A stretch of 64,000 nt of DNA from Pecten maximus (Eukaryota): positions 20,212,001-20,276,000 of the forward strand of contig NC_047016.1 in assembly GCF_902652985.1 (NCBI RefSeq), in the 5' to 3' direction. The notes beneath the pieces are model-generated. The model was not told the origin of the DNA. It saw only the letters and a program-made list of their open reading frames with translations, and searched no databases. Position 1 is the stretch's first letter, and each line of letters opens with the position of its first letter. Shown piece by piece: positions 39,213-51,144 of the stretch. Both the position numbers and the translations under genes were made by a program.

Positions 39213-42200
39213 GTAAGATTTTTTTTTCAAATCTATAGACATGTATTATGTTTCTTCTTTTTTTTCTTTTATACTCTTTCACGATATCACTGCAACATAG
39301 GGTATATTAGTAACCAATTTTGACGGATCGACTATTTCCCGGATTCGGCCACGTCACTATCGCATCGTTTTGTAAACACTTAATAATGTCTACCCTACGA
39401 CTCATAACCTGTGACTCGAAGGGTAGATATATATTAAGTGTTTACCAAACGATGCGATAGTGACGTGGCCCTGTGATTCGGCACACTTATTTGTTCAACA
39501 TAAGTCAAAATACTTGTTATGTATATGCTGTTATATCAATCGTTCGCCTTCGAGTTTCTTTTCATTTCTAGACCAGATCGAAGCTCTATCTGTATCTGTA
39601 CTTGGTTCCGTGTGGTAACTTTCTCACATGCTAAAATATCCATATATGAGAACAGATAAATCACATTTGCAAACAAAAAATTCAAAAACTCGTCTACTTT
39701 TACATAATTTATAAACTATACTATTCAATATTGCCATTGAACACAGTTGAAGACATTCTTTTACTGTTGCTTGTCCAAATGGATAGTTATGCTACTGTTT
39801 TAAAGCAAAAGCAATTGACGCTTGTCTACTTTTAGAAAAGTGTCAAATGTCTTTCCTCTACAACAGTAGCTAGTCCATTGAATTACATTGTGCAGTGCAT
39901 GGCTAAAATTAAAATGTAAACAAAATGGGCAACATACTTTTAAAATGTTTGTTTGTTTACAAACATGTGTATAATCATATAAATTTCGTAGTCTGTTATT
40001 TTCAATAGCATGGTATCACTGAATGTATCCGAGTTTGGTAGTGAGATGACATATTGGAGTTCAAGCACATCCTATCAAATCAAAGGAAGTCTCCAACCTG
40101 CTAGATCTATTGTCCACAGGTCATATGTACAGTCATATGTGATTTACAAGCTTTAATAAATCCCATCATCTAGTCCATGTTCTTATATCCAGGGACATCT
40201 CAAAGGGACACAGCCAAAAGGAACTGGCTTATTCTAGTTTGCTTTGAAATGACAAGCAAAGAAAGGAATATTTTGAAATATTAGAAGAAGTAAAAGTCAT
40301 CATGAATTTTCTTAATATAAATCAGAAACAAGTTAACAAGATGTGAAAGAGAAACAGAGAAGTCATTACAGGAGGAAGCAAGGCAGAAAGAACACAACAA
40401 AAGGGAGCCCTATATATATCACATCTGTGGACCTCCTTGCAGTAGAAAAATTGTGCACCTTCTGAAAACAAGAAACACTGTATATAAAAGGAGAAGAAAC
40501 AGATGTCATTTCTTAATCTTAGGTAGTATAGGAAGGTCTACAAATTAGCATCTGAACTGTGATACATAATAATGATAATAATATGAAATATAATGTTGAA
40601 CAATCTCCTGACAATGTAATTTTAGATATGATTATAGAGGCATTGTTTTTGCCTGTATTCATTATTAACTTATATCTTCTGATGCTAACAGTTCCACATG
40701 TTCATATCATATACAATTGGGTTAGGTCCTTTTATAGGGATTTGAATGAATGAAGGTAATCTAAAACAAATTTGGTGAAAAAAAAAAAAATTAGTAAGAA
40801 AATAGTAAAATGCTTCACTTTACCATGTCCATGGGTATGTTATTGTGTTTAGAGGAATGAATGAAGAAAATATAAAAAGATTTGGTGAAAAAAAGTTAAT
40901 TAGGTTACTGGTAGTAAGAAAATAGTGAAATGCTTCACTTTACAATGCCATGGTAAAGTGAAGTGCCCCGCAACACCCTAAATTTTTGTTTTATTAGGTA
41001 GAGAGATAATAAAGCTTACCAATAAAAAATTAAGTGAAGAAAAGTCGCTTGAAAACAAATTATAAGGTGGCTTCACTTTACCATGAGGGAGGGAAGGGGG
41101 GGGGGGGGGGGGGGGGGGGGCATTTCACCATAATGGTATTTTGACCTTGGTTCATTTCACCAGGCTTCAATATACATGTACCATGTCACACAGGTAATGA
41201 ACTGGTTTGTGTTAATTTCAGACTATGTTTTACTGTTTTTAAACACATTGCAAATTGCTTGTTCTAATAATATTTGCTTCTCTGTTACTATATTCTGTAT
41301 TTCAGGTAAATCCAGAAGAATTTTTTACAAGTGGTCATACTAACAATTGGGCGGTACTTGTGGACACGTCTAGGTTCTGGTTCAACTACCGCCATGTGGC
41401 TAATGTGTTGTCTATATACAGGAGTGTCAAACGCCTGGGCATCCCAGACAGGTACCTAACTATCTGTATTCATAAATACTGCTATTAATGGGTTCTAAAG
41501 CAGAAATTGCTCAATCGGGTATAAGACTATCATATGGTGTTGGACTGTTGGAAGTGAAAAAAGTGAGAAAAAAAATGACATCACTATTTATGAAGCTTTC
41601 AGAAATTAATTAGCACCTGTAGCATTATATTGTTGCATTACACATTCTACCATACTGTATTTGATATCTATAAATGATCTTATTACATTTCTCTCTTGTA
41701 CTAGTGGCTTTTCTTAGTCTGGGTGACTTTTTATCTATAAAACTTGTAATCTGACAACCATAAAAGCAGTAGAAAAAACTTAACACTAGATATGAAATCC
41801 ATTCTTTTTCTGTAGCCAAATTATCCTGATGGTGGCTGATGACATGGCTTGTAATCCTCGCAATCCTCGACCAGGTAGGTACTTCTAGGAGTTTAATCCT
41901 CACAGTCCTCAACCAGGAAGATACTCAAAGAGGTTTAATCCTTGCAATCCTTGTCCAGATAGGTACTCCCAGGGGTTTAATTCTTGCAATCCATGTCCAG
42001 ATAGGTACTACCAGGGGTTTAATCCTCACAATCCTTGTCCAGATAGGTACTACCAGGGGTTTAATTCTTGCAATCCATGTCCAGATAGGTACTACCAGGG
42101 GTTTAATCCTCACAATCCTTGTCCAGATAGGTACTACCAGGGGTTTAATCCTCACAATCCTCGACTAGGTAGATACTCCAAGGGGTTTAATCCTCACAGT

Positions 42201-45200
42201 CCTCGCCCAGGTAGGTATTCCCAAGGGTTTAAATGTGGATGCAAATTAATGCATTGTATTGACTGTTAGTGCTGTAGCGTCTTTAAGCATTATTTTGATT
42301 GAACATCTTTCCTTCGTACATATCCATATTTTGTGGATTTTGATACAAAAATTGATATGACTTTGCATCTAACAGGTGTATAACACATAAAATATATTGC
42401 TATTGTTCCACCCAGTGGTACTCCTTCCAGCACAATCTAACAGGCATTCTGCACTTCCACACTTTTGACCTTTGGTTGAGCATTTGCCCCTGTGAGGAAG
42501 ACTTTAGGCTCTGTCCCCTGGGCCGAGACATACAAGAGTCTTATAAACATGGTAGTTGCTACTCCTGCTTAATGCTCAGCGTTTTAGGGAGTGTGATGAC
42601 AGAGTGTCCATTGTCAGAATAATGTGGCTGGACGAGGTGTCAAGCTGGATGTCTTTGGCAGTATGTTTCAGTCAGGTAGCACTATAAAGTTGACATCAGA
42701 TTCATGCGATCAAAAGGGGACAAACACGAACATACCGCAGCCTCAAAAAACACACACATACACTACATGCATGCATCTCACTTACAAGGGAGGCTGTATA
42801 CACTACACGCATGCATCTCACTCACAAGGGAGGCCGTATACAATACACACAGGCATCTCACTCACAAGGGAGGCTGTATACACTACACACAGGCATCTCA
42901 CTCACAAGGGAGGCCGTATACAATACACGCAGGCATCCCACACACAACGGAGGCTGTATACACTACACACAGGCATCTCACTCACAAGGGAGGCCGTATA
43001 CAATACACGCAGGCATCCCACACACAACGGAGGCCGTATACACTACACACAGGCATCTCACTCACAAGGGAGGCCATATACAATACACGCAGGCATCTCA
43101 CTCACAAGGGAGGCGGTATACAATACATGCAGACATCCCACATACAAGGGAGGCCATATACACTACACGCAGGCATCCCACACACAAGGGAGGCCTATAC
43201 AATACACGCAGGCATCCCACACACAAGGGAGACCGTATACACTACACGCAGGCATCCCACACACAAGGAAGACCGTATACAATACACGCATGCATCTCAC
43301 TCACAAGGGAGGCCGTATACAATACATGCAGGCATCTCGCTCACAAGGGAGGCCGTATACAATACACGCAGGCATCCCACACACAAAGGAGGCCTATACA
43401 ATACACGCAGGCATCCCACACACAACGGAGGCCATATACAATACACGCAGGCATTCCACACACAACGGAGGCCTATACAATACACGCAGGCATCCCACAC
43501 GCAAGGGAGGCCATATACAATGCACGCAGGCATCTCACATTCAGGGGAGGCCATCCTTAAATGACCTTAGTTGTTGATAGGATGTTAAACAATACAAAAC
43601 CAAACCAAATTGATGCTCATGCTGCTGTTATTAGCATTTTCTCACATAATTCACAGGGTTATCCTGTGGTTGGTAGGAAAAGGTTAATAGAATCTTTCAC
43701 CCCTTTTGGGATGAGATAGGGGGATCTCAACCCGAGGGTGGAAATTGTAAAATTCCTAAACACGAGGCTTCCGAGTATTTGGGAACTTAACAATCTCTCC
43801 CCGAGGGTTGAGATCCCCCTATCTCATCCCAATAAGGGGTGAATGATTATTTTTCTCTTACCCTGTTTTCCAATCGTAGTGTGAATCAAATCGAAACGTA
43901 TGTAAACAACAACACGTGGATGGCAGATAACTGTTGTGATAAGGCTGCAGCAGACGTTTTACATCTTACAATGTTGATTTCATACAAAATATAGTACGGA
44001 TAAGCTTGTCAAAATGAACACCAAACACTCAGTTAACTCTGATGATTAATACTTATTTTAAATTGAACATTTTCACTTCGTTTTAAATCTTCCTCAAATA
44101 CCGTATTTGACCTAATAAGGGCGCGGGTAATTGGCAGTGGGGGCGCCCTTATTAAGATTAGTTATTCTGAAACAGACTATACCTTATAGCAGAATACCCA
44201 AGGCTGTGGAAACGGTAAAATATTCAGTCATAAAAATATTCCAGATGAAGATATCTATTCATTATCATATATCAAGCTTAAACGTCACTTGAATATTCCT
44301 GTAAACTTTTAAACCATGCCAGCTGATCTTTAGACCAGAGAACGTGTGTTCCACCATTTATGTTCAAATGGAATGCTTTTGTGTTCTATTTATAGACACA
44401 GGTGATTTCCCAGATCATATCAGACATCGTTTTCTTTGACCTAATAATTGATTTACAATGTCTTTTACTAGCTTTCTGTTCTGAACAAAAGTTATTTATC
44501 AACAAGAATGAAGTCTTTTACTTTATCTTTAAATAAAGATGGTAAGTTATTATTTGTATGTGTGTTTAGTTTCGGGTGCTCTTTGCACTGACATGTCATC
44601 TGTAGAATAGACAAAATGTGGCGAAAACTTGTGTTCGAGTTACCTAATTTGCTGAAGAAAATTGAACACATAAAGTAGCAAAACTTTTCACAGGAATTAT
44701 TACTTTTGAACCCCATTTTGACACTCGGTCAAAGATTTATTTCCTTGAAAAAAGGTTGGGGCGCCCTTATTAGGTCAAATACGGTAGTAGGCAAATAGGT
44801 AAACAAGCAGACGAACACATACATGTGTAGCCCCTTAAAAGTAGTTCGGGTCAGGTTATAGTGACGTCACCCTATCCAGAACAAGAGCACGTTCAAAGAG
44901 CACATGTAGCTTGTCTTTTCCCTAGGGTGAGATAAGAAAATCTCACCCTGGTAAAACTGCGGATATCCCTGTCCAGGGTAAGAGAAAAATTGATCTCACA
45001 CGGGGGTAAAGACAGGTATTATGCGCTATATGATGCTGCTCACAATAATGTAACATCATCATTTTACGTTGAGTAACCGTCGTTAATGATGACGTCATCA
45101 ATTTTGATGCACATTGCTAGGAGCATTGTAGATGGCACAATGAAAAACTTTCCTAAAAACTTTCCTTGCAAGTAGGCGAGAAAAATAATAGATCTGTTCC

Positions 45201-48200
45201 ACAAACAATGATATCTCAACCCTTGTGTAAGAGTTTAACTGGTCAAAATCTTACACTCTCGTTGAGATATCCCTGTCCACAGAACAGACCAATGTTAGAT
45301 TCTATTAATTCCCCTTCCCCACTATTTCTTGAATAATGCTTCCAATTATGGGTAACCCCAGTGCTCGTTGAACTAACAGAGGGCTAACAGAGTACAGGTG
45401 AATTAGTTGGAAAATGACTCTTGATTAAAATTTGTATTCTAATCTCTTAGATTGATACTTTGTTAATGTTTGAGATTTTCACTATCTCATAAGCTATTTC
45501 TCTTGTTTTGTAGCAACTGTCTTCAATAATGCAAACCAACAGATCAATGTGTACGGGGATGATGTAGAGGTGGACTATAGGGGGTACGAGGTAGGTGTCT
45601 GATGTGTGTCTTACAACAGATATATAGACATTAGTCAGATGCAACAAAACAATGTCATGTACATTTTATAGTACCATAGAAGTTGGTTAGTGAGAATGAT
45701 TTTATGCTTCTGTTGCACTTACCAGGTAACAGTTGAGAACTTCATCCGAGTCCTGACAGGTCGGCTGCCACCAAGTACACCGCGGTCCAAACGACTGTTA
45801 ACAGACGAGAGGAGTAACGTTCTTGTTTATATGACTGGTAAGAGAGACTACATATCTATCCTAGATTTGACCTGTGTCTGTTAACTCTGCCTAAAGTCTT
45901 ATGTTTACTTGTAGGTCATGGCGGAGATGGGTTCCTGAAGTTTCAGGATGCTGAGGAAATTTCCAATGTAGAGTTGGCTGACGCTTTTGAGCAGATGTGG
46001 CAGAAAAGGAGGTTAGGCATGAAACAGATGTTTAAACCTGATATCAGCATTCTACACATAGTTACAGATACATAATTATATATTGATACATGGATATGTT
46101 CAGTGTATACTGTAAGAAGTTAAAAGTAGAATTTCATTTGATGACATTTGTAAAGGAAAATGACATTAGAAAAAATTTGTGAAGTATGGTCATGGTAAAA
46201 CAAGAACTGAACAAAAGGTTATTTCTTGTCAGCAATATTGAATCTAATTTTGCTGTCCATGTTTGATAATGCTGCCCATTTATTTCATCTCTTAAGAAAT
46301 ATTTGAGGCAAAACCAAGTCTTAACACCGTTGTAAAAATCATGAGCAGTTTGAAGTGTAATTATCAGATGATATAAATATTAATACTTAAACATATTAAT
46401 TTTTAAACTCTCAAATTTTAGCGCATAACTGAACGTAAGTAGGTTAGTGCAATGAAGAATTAGCACGCTCACAGTAGTGGATACATGTAAATGTTAACAT
46501 TATTTATTTTACAACAATTGCGAAACAAGTTATATCAACTTATATTAATCACGCTTGTTGGCCCAGATGGGAACGCGTGAGGGGTCTTGCTGTGGGAGGA
46601 AACCGGAGTACCTGGGGAAAACCCATGTGGTCGGGCAGGTGACCCCATACCTTTTCACGTCAAATTGGGGAATCAAACCCCAGCCGCCTAGGTGAAAGGC
46701 AAGTGTGTTAACACTGTGCCATCCGACCACCAGAAGTTGGTGATAAGGTGGCTAGGAGGTATGCTCACGGTAGTGGTGGTGGGGTAACGCTCACAGTAGG
46801 GGATGGTCGGGTGGCATGCTCACAGTAGGGGATGGTCGGGTGGCATGCTCACAGTAGTGGTGGTCGGGTGGCATGCTCACAGTAGGGGATGGTCGGGTGG
46901 CATGCTCTCAGTAGTGGTGGTCGGGTGGCATGCTCACAGTAGTGGTGGTCGGGTAACGCTCACAGTAGTGGGTGGCTGGGTGGTATCTTCACATTAGTTG
47001 GTGGACGGGTTGTTGGGTGGCTGGGTGGCACCCTCACAGCTGTGGTGGTCGGGTGGCACGCTTACAGTAGTGGTGGTCAGGTGGCATGCTCATATTAGTG
47101 AGTGGATGGGTTGTTGGGTGGCTGGGTGGCACACGCACAGTAGTGGATGATTGGGTGGTATGCTCACAGTAGTGGTGGTCGAGTAATGCTCACAGTAGTG
47201 GTGGTCGGGTAATGCTCACAGTAGTGGTGGTCAGATAGCTGGGTGGCATGTTCACAGTAGTGGGTGGTTGGGTGGCATGCTCACAGTAGTGGTGGTCGGG
47301 TAACGCTCACAGTAGTGGATGATTGGGTGGCATGCTCACAGTAGTGGTGGTTGGGTGGCATGCTCACAGTAGTGGTGGTCGGGTAACGCTCACAGTAGTG
47401 GGTGGTTGGGTGGCATGCTCACAGTAGTGGATGATTGGGTGGCATGCTCACAGTAGTGGATGATTGGGTGGCATGCTCACAGTAGTGGTGGTCGAGTAAT
47501 GCTCACAGTAGTGGATGATTGGGTGGCATGCTCACAGTAGTGGTGGTCGAGTAATGCTCACAGTAGTGGATGATTGGGTGGCATGCTCACAGTAGTGGTG
47601 GTCGGGTGGCATGCTCACAGTAGTGGTGGTCGGGTAACGCTCACAGTAGTGGATGATTGGGTGGCATGCTCACAGTAGTGGTGGTTGGGTGGCATGCTCA
47701 CAGTAGTGGGTGGTTGGGTGGCATGCTCACAGTAGTGGTGGTCGGGTAACGCTAACAGTAGTGGGTGGTCGGGTGGCATGCTCACAGTAGTGGATGATTG
47801 GGTGGCATGCTCACAGTAGTGGTGGTCGGGTAACGCTCACAGTAGTGGATGATTGGGTGGCATGCTCACAGTAGTGGTGGTCGGGTGGCATGCTCACAGT
47901 AGTGGGTGGTCGAGTAATGCTCACAGTAGTGGTGGTCGGGTGGCATGCTCACAGTAGTGGTGGTCGGGTGGCATGCTCACAGTAGTGGGTGGTCGAGTAA
48001 TGCTCACAGTAGTGGTGGTTGGGTGGCATTCTCACAGTAGTGGTGGTCAGATAGTTGGGTGGCATGCTCACAGTAGTGGTGGTTGGGTGGCATTCTCACA
48101 GTAGTGGGTGGTCAGGTGGCATGCTCACAGTAGTGGTGGTTGGGTGGCATGCTCACAGTAGTGGTGGTCGGGTAACGCTCACAGTAGTGGGTGGTCGGGT

Positions 48201-50462
48201 GGCATGGTTCAATTTCCCTTATTTGATGTAATAAGGAATTGGGTAACCTGCCCAACCACCGGTGTTTTCTCTGGGTACTCTAGTTTCCTCTCACAGTAAA
48301 ACATCTTGAGAGCCTCCATCTGGGCCAACAAGTATGATTAATAGAATTTAATGAAACTTATTTGCAATTACTGTAAAATAAATAAAGCTTACATTTTGAT
48401 ATACACAACAATTGGAGGAAGACTTTCAATGGCAAAAGCACTAAAATAAGATGACTACAGAAGTATGTATGTGTACAGTAATCTAGTTGATAGATAATGC
48501 TGACTGTGTTTGTGTGACATAGGTACCATGAGCTCTTCTACATGATTGACACCTGCCAGGCGGAGTCTATGTTTCAAAAGTTTTACTCACCTAACATCTT
48601 GGCTGTGGCCAGCAGTAAGATTGGCGAGGACTCACTGTCAGTAAGTTATCAGTGTTCTTGGAGCCTGACAATTTCAGATATATTCAGGGTGGTTTAAAAC
48701 TTGTAATCATAATATGGAATCAACCGAACATACACACAGTGGAAAAAAATTGTAAAAATGTAATTTGCACAAATTTGTTAATGGAGTCAACTGTACTTAT
48801 ACATTAAATACATGTGATGATTGGTTATTTTGAGGTAATGCTAGAGTCTTCAGTAATATATCAATTGGATAAATGTTGTATCATGAGTTTGAACTGTTTT
48901 AGTGCAATAAGAATTGATACAGTCTTCTACTGATGCTTGTATGATATGAGTGTTAACTTTTGTTTACAGCACCATGTAGACCCGACCATTGGTGTGTTTG
49001 TGATTGATAGATATACTTACTATGCACTAGAGTTTCTTGAGTCTGCCAAACCTGATAGCAAGAAGACAATGGGACAGTTTGTAAGTCTAACCCAATTCAT
49101 ACACATAGAATCATAGTGATGCACATCATGTGTATTGCGTTATAAATTAAAGACAATATCAACAATGTATCATATTGATTGATCTTGAAATATTCTGCTG
49201 CAAATACTGGAGGTGCTCACAACTAAGACCCTTCTCTAACTTGTGCACCAGACTAACTAGTGGGTGGGGTGGGGGGTGGGGGTGGGGGGGGGTCTTATTT
49301 TTGGTAAAATGTGGTAGATAATCTCCAATACCTGTAGGTCATCCCCATAGCTGTATGAATATCACCTGATCTAATTAAATGCAAGTTACATTAAGTGCAA
49401 GTTAACGACTTACAAATTTTGTAAATGTAGTAAAACATTCTGGAATGTTTTGTTACTGCACAACATAGAAACTTTCAGAACGCTCAGTTATGGTCAGACT
49501 AATGCATAATTCCGGTTTGAACTATTTAGTGTGTAATGATATGTTTTGTGTGTACAGCTAAAGGTATGTCAACCTTCCCAGTGTTCATCAACTGTGAGTA
49601 CACGTAAAGACCTATTTCCAAGGGACCCTGACAAAGTTCTTCTCACCGACTTTTTTGGCAGTGTGCGTAATGTAGAGCTCCTCACCGATACCATACAGCT
49701 GGAGAATGTTACAGGGGAGACAATCCAGCACTGCAGGTATTACACTCCAAACTGGACTGAGAATACTGTTATCAATCAAGTAAAAATATCAAATTACCAA
49801 ATAGTGAAGCCTCATTAGACCATTAGTGTTCACATTGCCATCTGAAACTGAGAGAATGTTCAAGCCCTTTGTTTTATTCTTTGTTAACTATTAATCAAAC
49901 TTCTGACAATCAGTGTTATTTTTATACACACGTCCTGTGCTAACTCTTGAGAAGTTTTCATGATTGTCAGATGAGTGGTTCTGAAAAGATTTGTTTTGAA
50001 TTCCAACATTTCATAAAACAATATGCATTTCACTGTAATTGAAATTAGAATATGTTTTCATCATACATAATTATTTAACTATTTATAACAATTTCTAATG
50101 GCAGGAGGCAAAACCCCTGAGCTGATCATTAATTTTCAGTAGAAAACTAAAAGTACATTGTACATATGAAGAAAGAAGGGAAAAAACAACTTAATAACTG
50201 TATACTTCCTGAAAGAATGCCTGGACTGTAGTAAATTCTAGAATTAGAATCTGGTTCTCTTTCATACTGTCTACTATATATTAAGTTAAAGATGGCCAAC
50301 TAGCACATTTCTCAAATTTGTGATTTTTTGTTCTGTTTGTAGTCATAAGGAAAATTTCAATTTACAAGGATATACTTTTTTTTATTTGGCAGTAAGGAGA
50401 CATGTGAAGAGGAAAAAGGAGAGAGGCTTGTCTATGCTGACCAATTTCCTATGCCAATCTGA
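39120..50462 (+). CDS. PIGK: GPI-anchor transamidase catalytic subunit PIG-K/GPI8, 10 coding exons, ~353 aa: join(39120-39212, 41306-41451, 41816-41874, 45514-45590, 45726-45837, 45915-46011, 48523-48640, 48970-49080, 49558-49736, 50393-50462)
   Basis: Signal peptide; [20 protein letters not shown]; [11 protein letters not shown] (the Cys that links to PIG-T); catalytic His in MTGHGG and catalytic Cys in IDTCQA; all introns GT-AG and in phase, 1062 nt in total. Confidence 0.96.
39347..39470. repeat. 124-bp near-perfect hairpin (palindromic MITE-like) in PIG-K intron 1
   Basis: GGCCACGTCACTATCGCATCGTTT... / ...AAACGATGCGATAGTGACGTGGCC. Confidence 0.8.
41306..41451 (+). CDS. PIGK: PIG-K exon 2
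   Basis: [48 protein letters not shown]. Confidence 0.96.
41816..41874 (+). CDS. PIGK: PIG-K exon 3
   Basis: [20 protein letters not shown]. Confidence 0.95.
41852..42230. repeat. 42-bp tandem repeat spanning the PIG-K exon 3 splice donor
   Basis: TAATCCTCGCAATCCTCGACCAGGTAGGTACT..., ~9 copies. Confidence 0.9.
42410..43610 (+). mobile_element. tRNA-derived SINE (Meta/Deu-like body) interrupted by an internal 40-bp minisatellite
   Basis: Body GGTAGTTGCTACTCCTGCTTAATGCTCAGC...; tail CCTTAAATGACCTT...GGATGTTAAAC plus (CAAAC)-like end; 5' boundary approximate. Confidence 0.55.
42760..43555. repeat. 40-bp minisatellite CATCTCACTCACAAGGGAGGCCGTATACAATACACGCAGG
   Basis: ~20 copies inside a SINE. 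Confidence 0.95.
43684..45308. mobile_element. Non-autonomous DNA element with TTAA-ended 12-bp inverted termini and a ~160-bp 5' hairpin
   Basis: TTAATAGAATCT (43684-43695) / AGATTCTATTAA (45297-45308); hairpin 43690-43850. Confidence 0.55.
44101..44784. mobile_element. pogo/Tc1-mariner-type MITE nested in the preceding element
   Basis: Perfect 24-bp TIRs CCGTATTTGACCTAATAAGGGCGC / GCGCCCTTATTAGGTCAAATACGG with TA target-site duplication. Confidence 0.85.
45514..45590 (+). CDS. PIGK: PIG-K exon 4
   Basis: [26 protein letters not shown]. Confidence 0.95.
45726..45837 (+). CDS. PIGK: PIG-K exon 5
   Basis: [37 protein letters not shown]. Confidence 0.96.
45915..46011 (+). CDS. PIGK: PIG-K exon 6 (catalytic His)
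   Basis: [32 protein letters not shown]. Confidence 0.96.
46485..46732 (-). mobile_element. tRNA-derived SINE with V-domain
   Basis: Reverse complement: A-box TGGCACAGTGTT, B-box GGTTTGATTCCC, V-domain GGGTTTTCCCCAGGTACTCCGGTTTCCTCCCAC, AT-rich tail. Confidence 0.75.
46750..48205. repeat. ~28-bp minisatellite CTCACAGTAGTGGTGGTCGGGTGGCATG
   Basis: ~50 copies between two inverted SINEs. Confidence 0.95.
48190..48400 (+). mobile_element. Second, more diverged copy of the same V-SINE, in opposite orientation
   Basis: GTTTTCTCTGGGTACTCTAGTTTCCTCTCACAG...CATCTGGGCCAACAAG, shared with the 46.5-kb copy. Confidence 0.7.
48523..48640 (+). CDS. PIGK: PIG-K exon 7 (catalytic Cys)
   Basis: [40 protein letters not shown]. 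Confidence 0.96.
48970..49080 (+). CDS. PIGK: PIG-K exon 8
   Basis: [37 protein letters not shown]. Confidence 0.95.
49558..49736 (+). CDS. PIGK: PIG-K exon 9
   Basis: [40 protein letters not shown]... Confidence 0.95.
50393..50462 (+). CDS. PIGK: PIG-K exon 10 (terminal, [23 protein letters not shown])
   Basis: Strong polypyrimidine tract plus cag; LVYADQFP matches human LKYAEQLP; TGA at 50460-50462. Confidence 0.85.
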
Positions 50463-51144
50463 GAGTATTTGTCATCTTTCTGGACATCTGACTTAGGACT
50501 GGAGATTTAAAAGATCGCCCAGTTTCCTAAGGATAATGCATTGTCATCTTTCTGGAAATTACTCAAGGCTGAAAATTTGAGGGCTGACCTATCTCAACAG
50601 ATTTCTTTCCTATATATGCCTTATTATTCTGGACTCCTGGTCCAAGAGAGAAGGGTAGATCTGACAAAGTCTCTTTACCCATTGTTAGGTCATCAGACAT
50701 ATTCTAGACATCAGCTTTGTGGCAGACAAGGGCCTTTTTGTTTATCGAGGTCAAAACGGTTGACCATAGTTGTTCGTTACGAAACAATGACAGTCCAAGT
50801 GATTTTATGTTGCTTTGGGACAAGTCTGTTGAACCTTCTAGGTCTGCATCAACGTGGAAATAGATGAACCAGTTTGTCAACATAAATGAACAGACCTGAG
50901 GGCTGGCCATAGCTGTGTCAGTGTATTAGTGCTGGTCTGAACCTTTGGCTCAAAGCCAGTATTCAAGACTGACTAGTGTTCTATATCATGCGGATCATGT
51001 TGACATATTTCTGTACAATATTATAGAGTAGACAAATGCCATGTATCACAGTATTTGTCCTTTACTCTATATTTGATTTAGATAATGTGAAGTTATCAAC
51101 AGGTGGTGAATTTTTCTTGTGCAATGTCCATCCATATCATATGA

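Noticed and set aside
42624-43577. 317/286/249-aa ORFs
   Set aside because: 40-bp minisatellite in PIG-K intron 3.
46660-46732. tRNA-like A and B boxes
   Set aside because: Head of a SINE; no complete cloverleaf.
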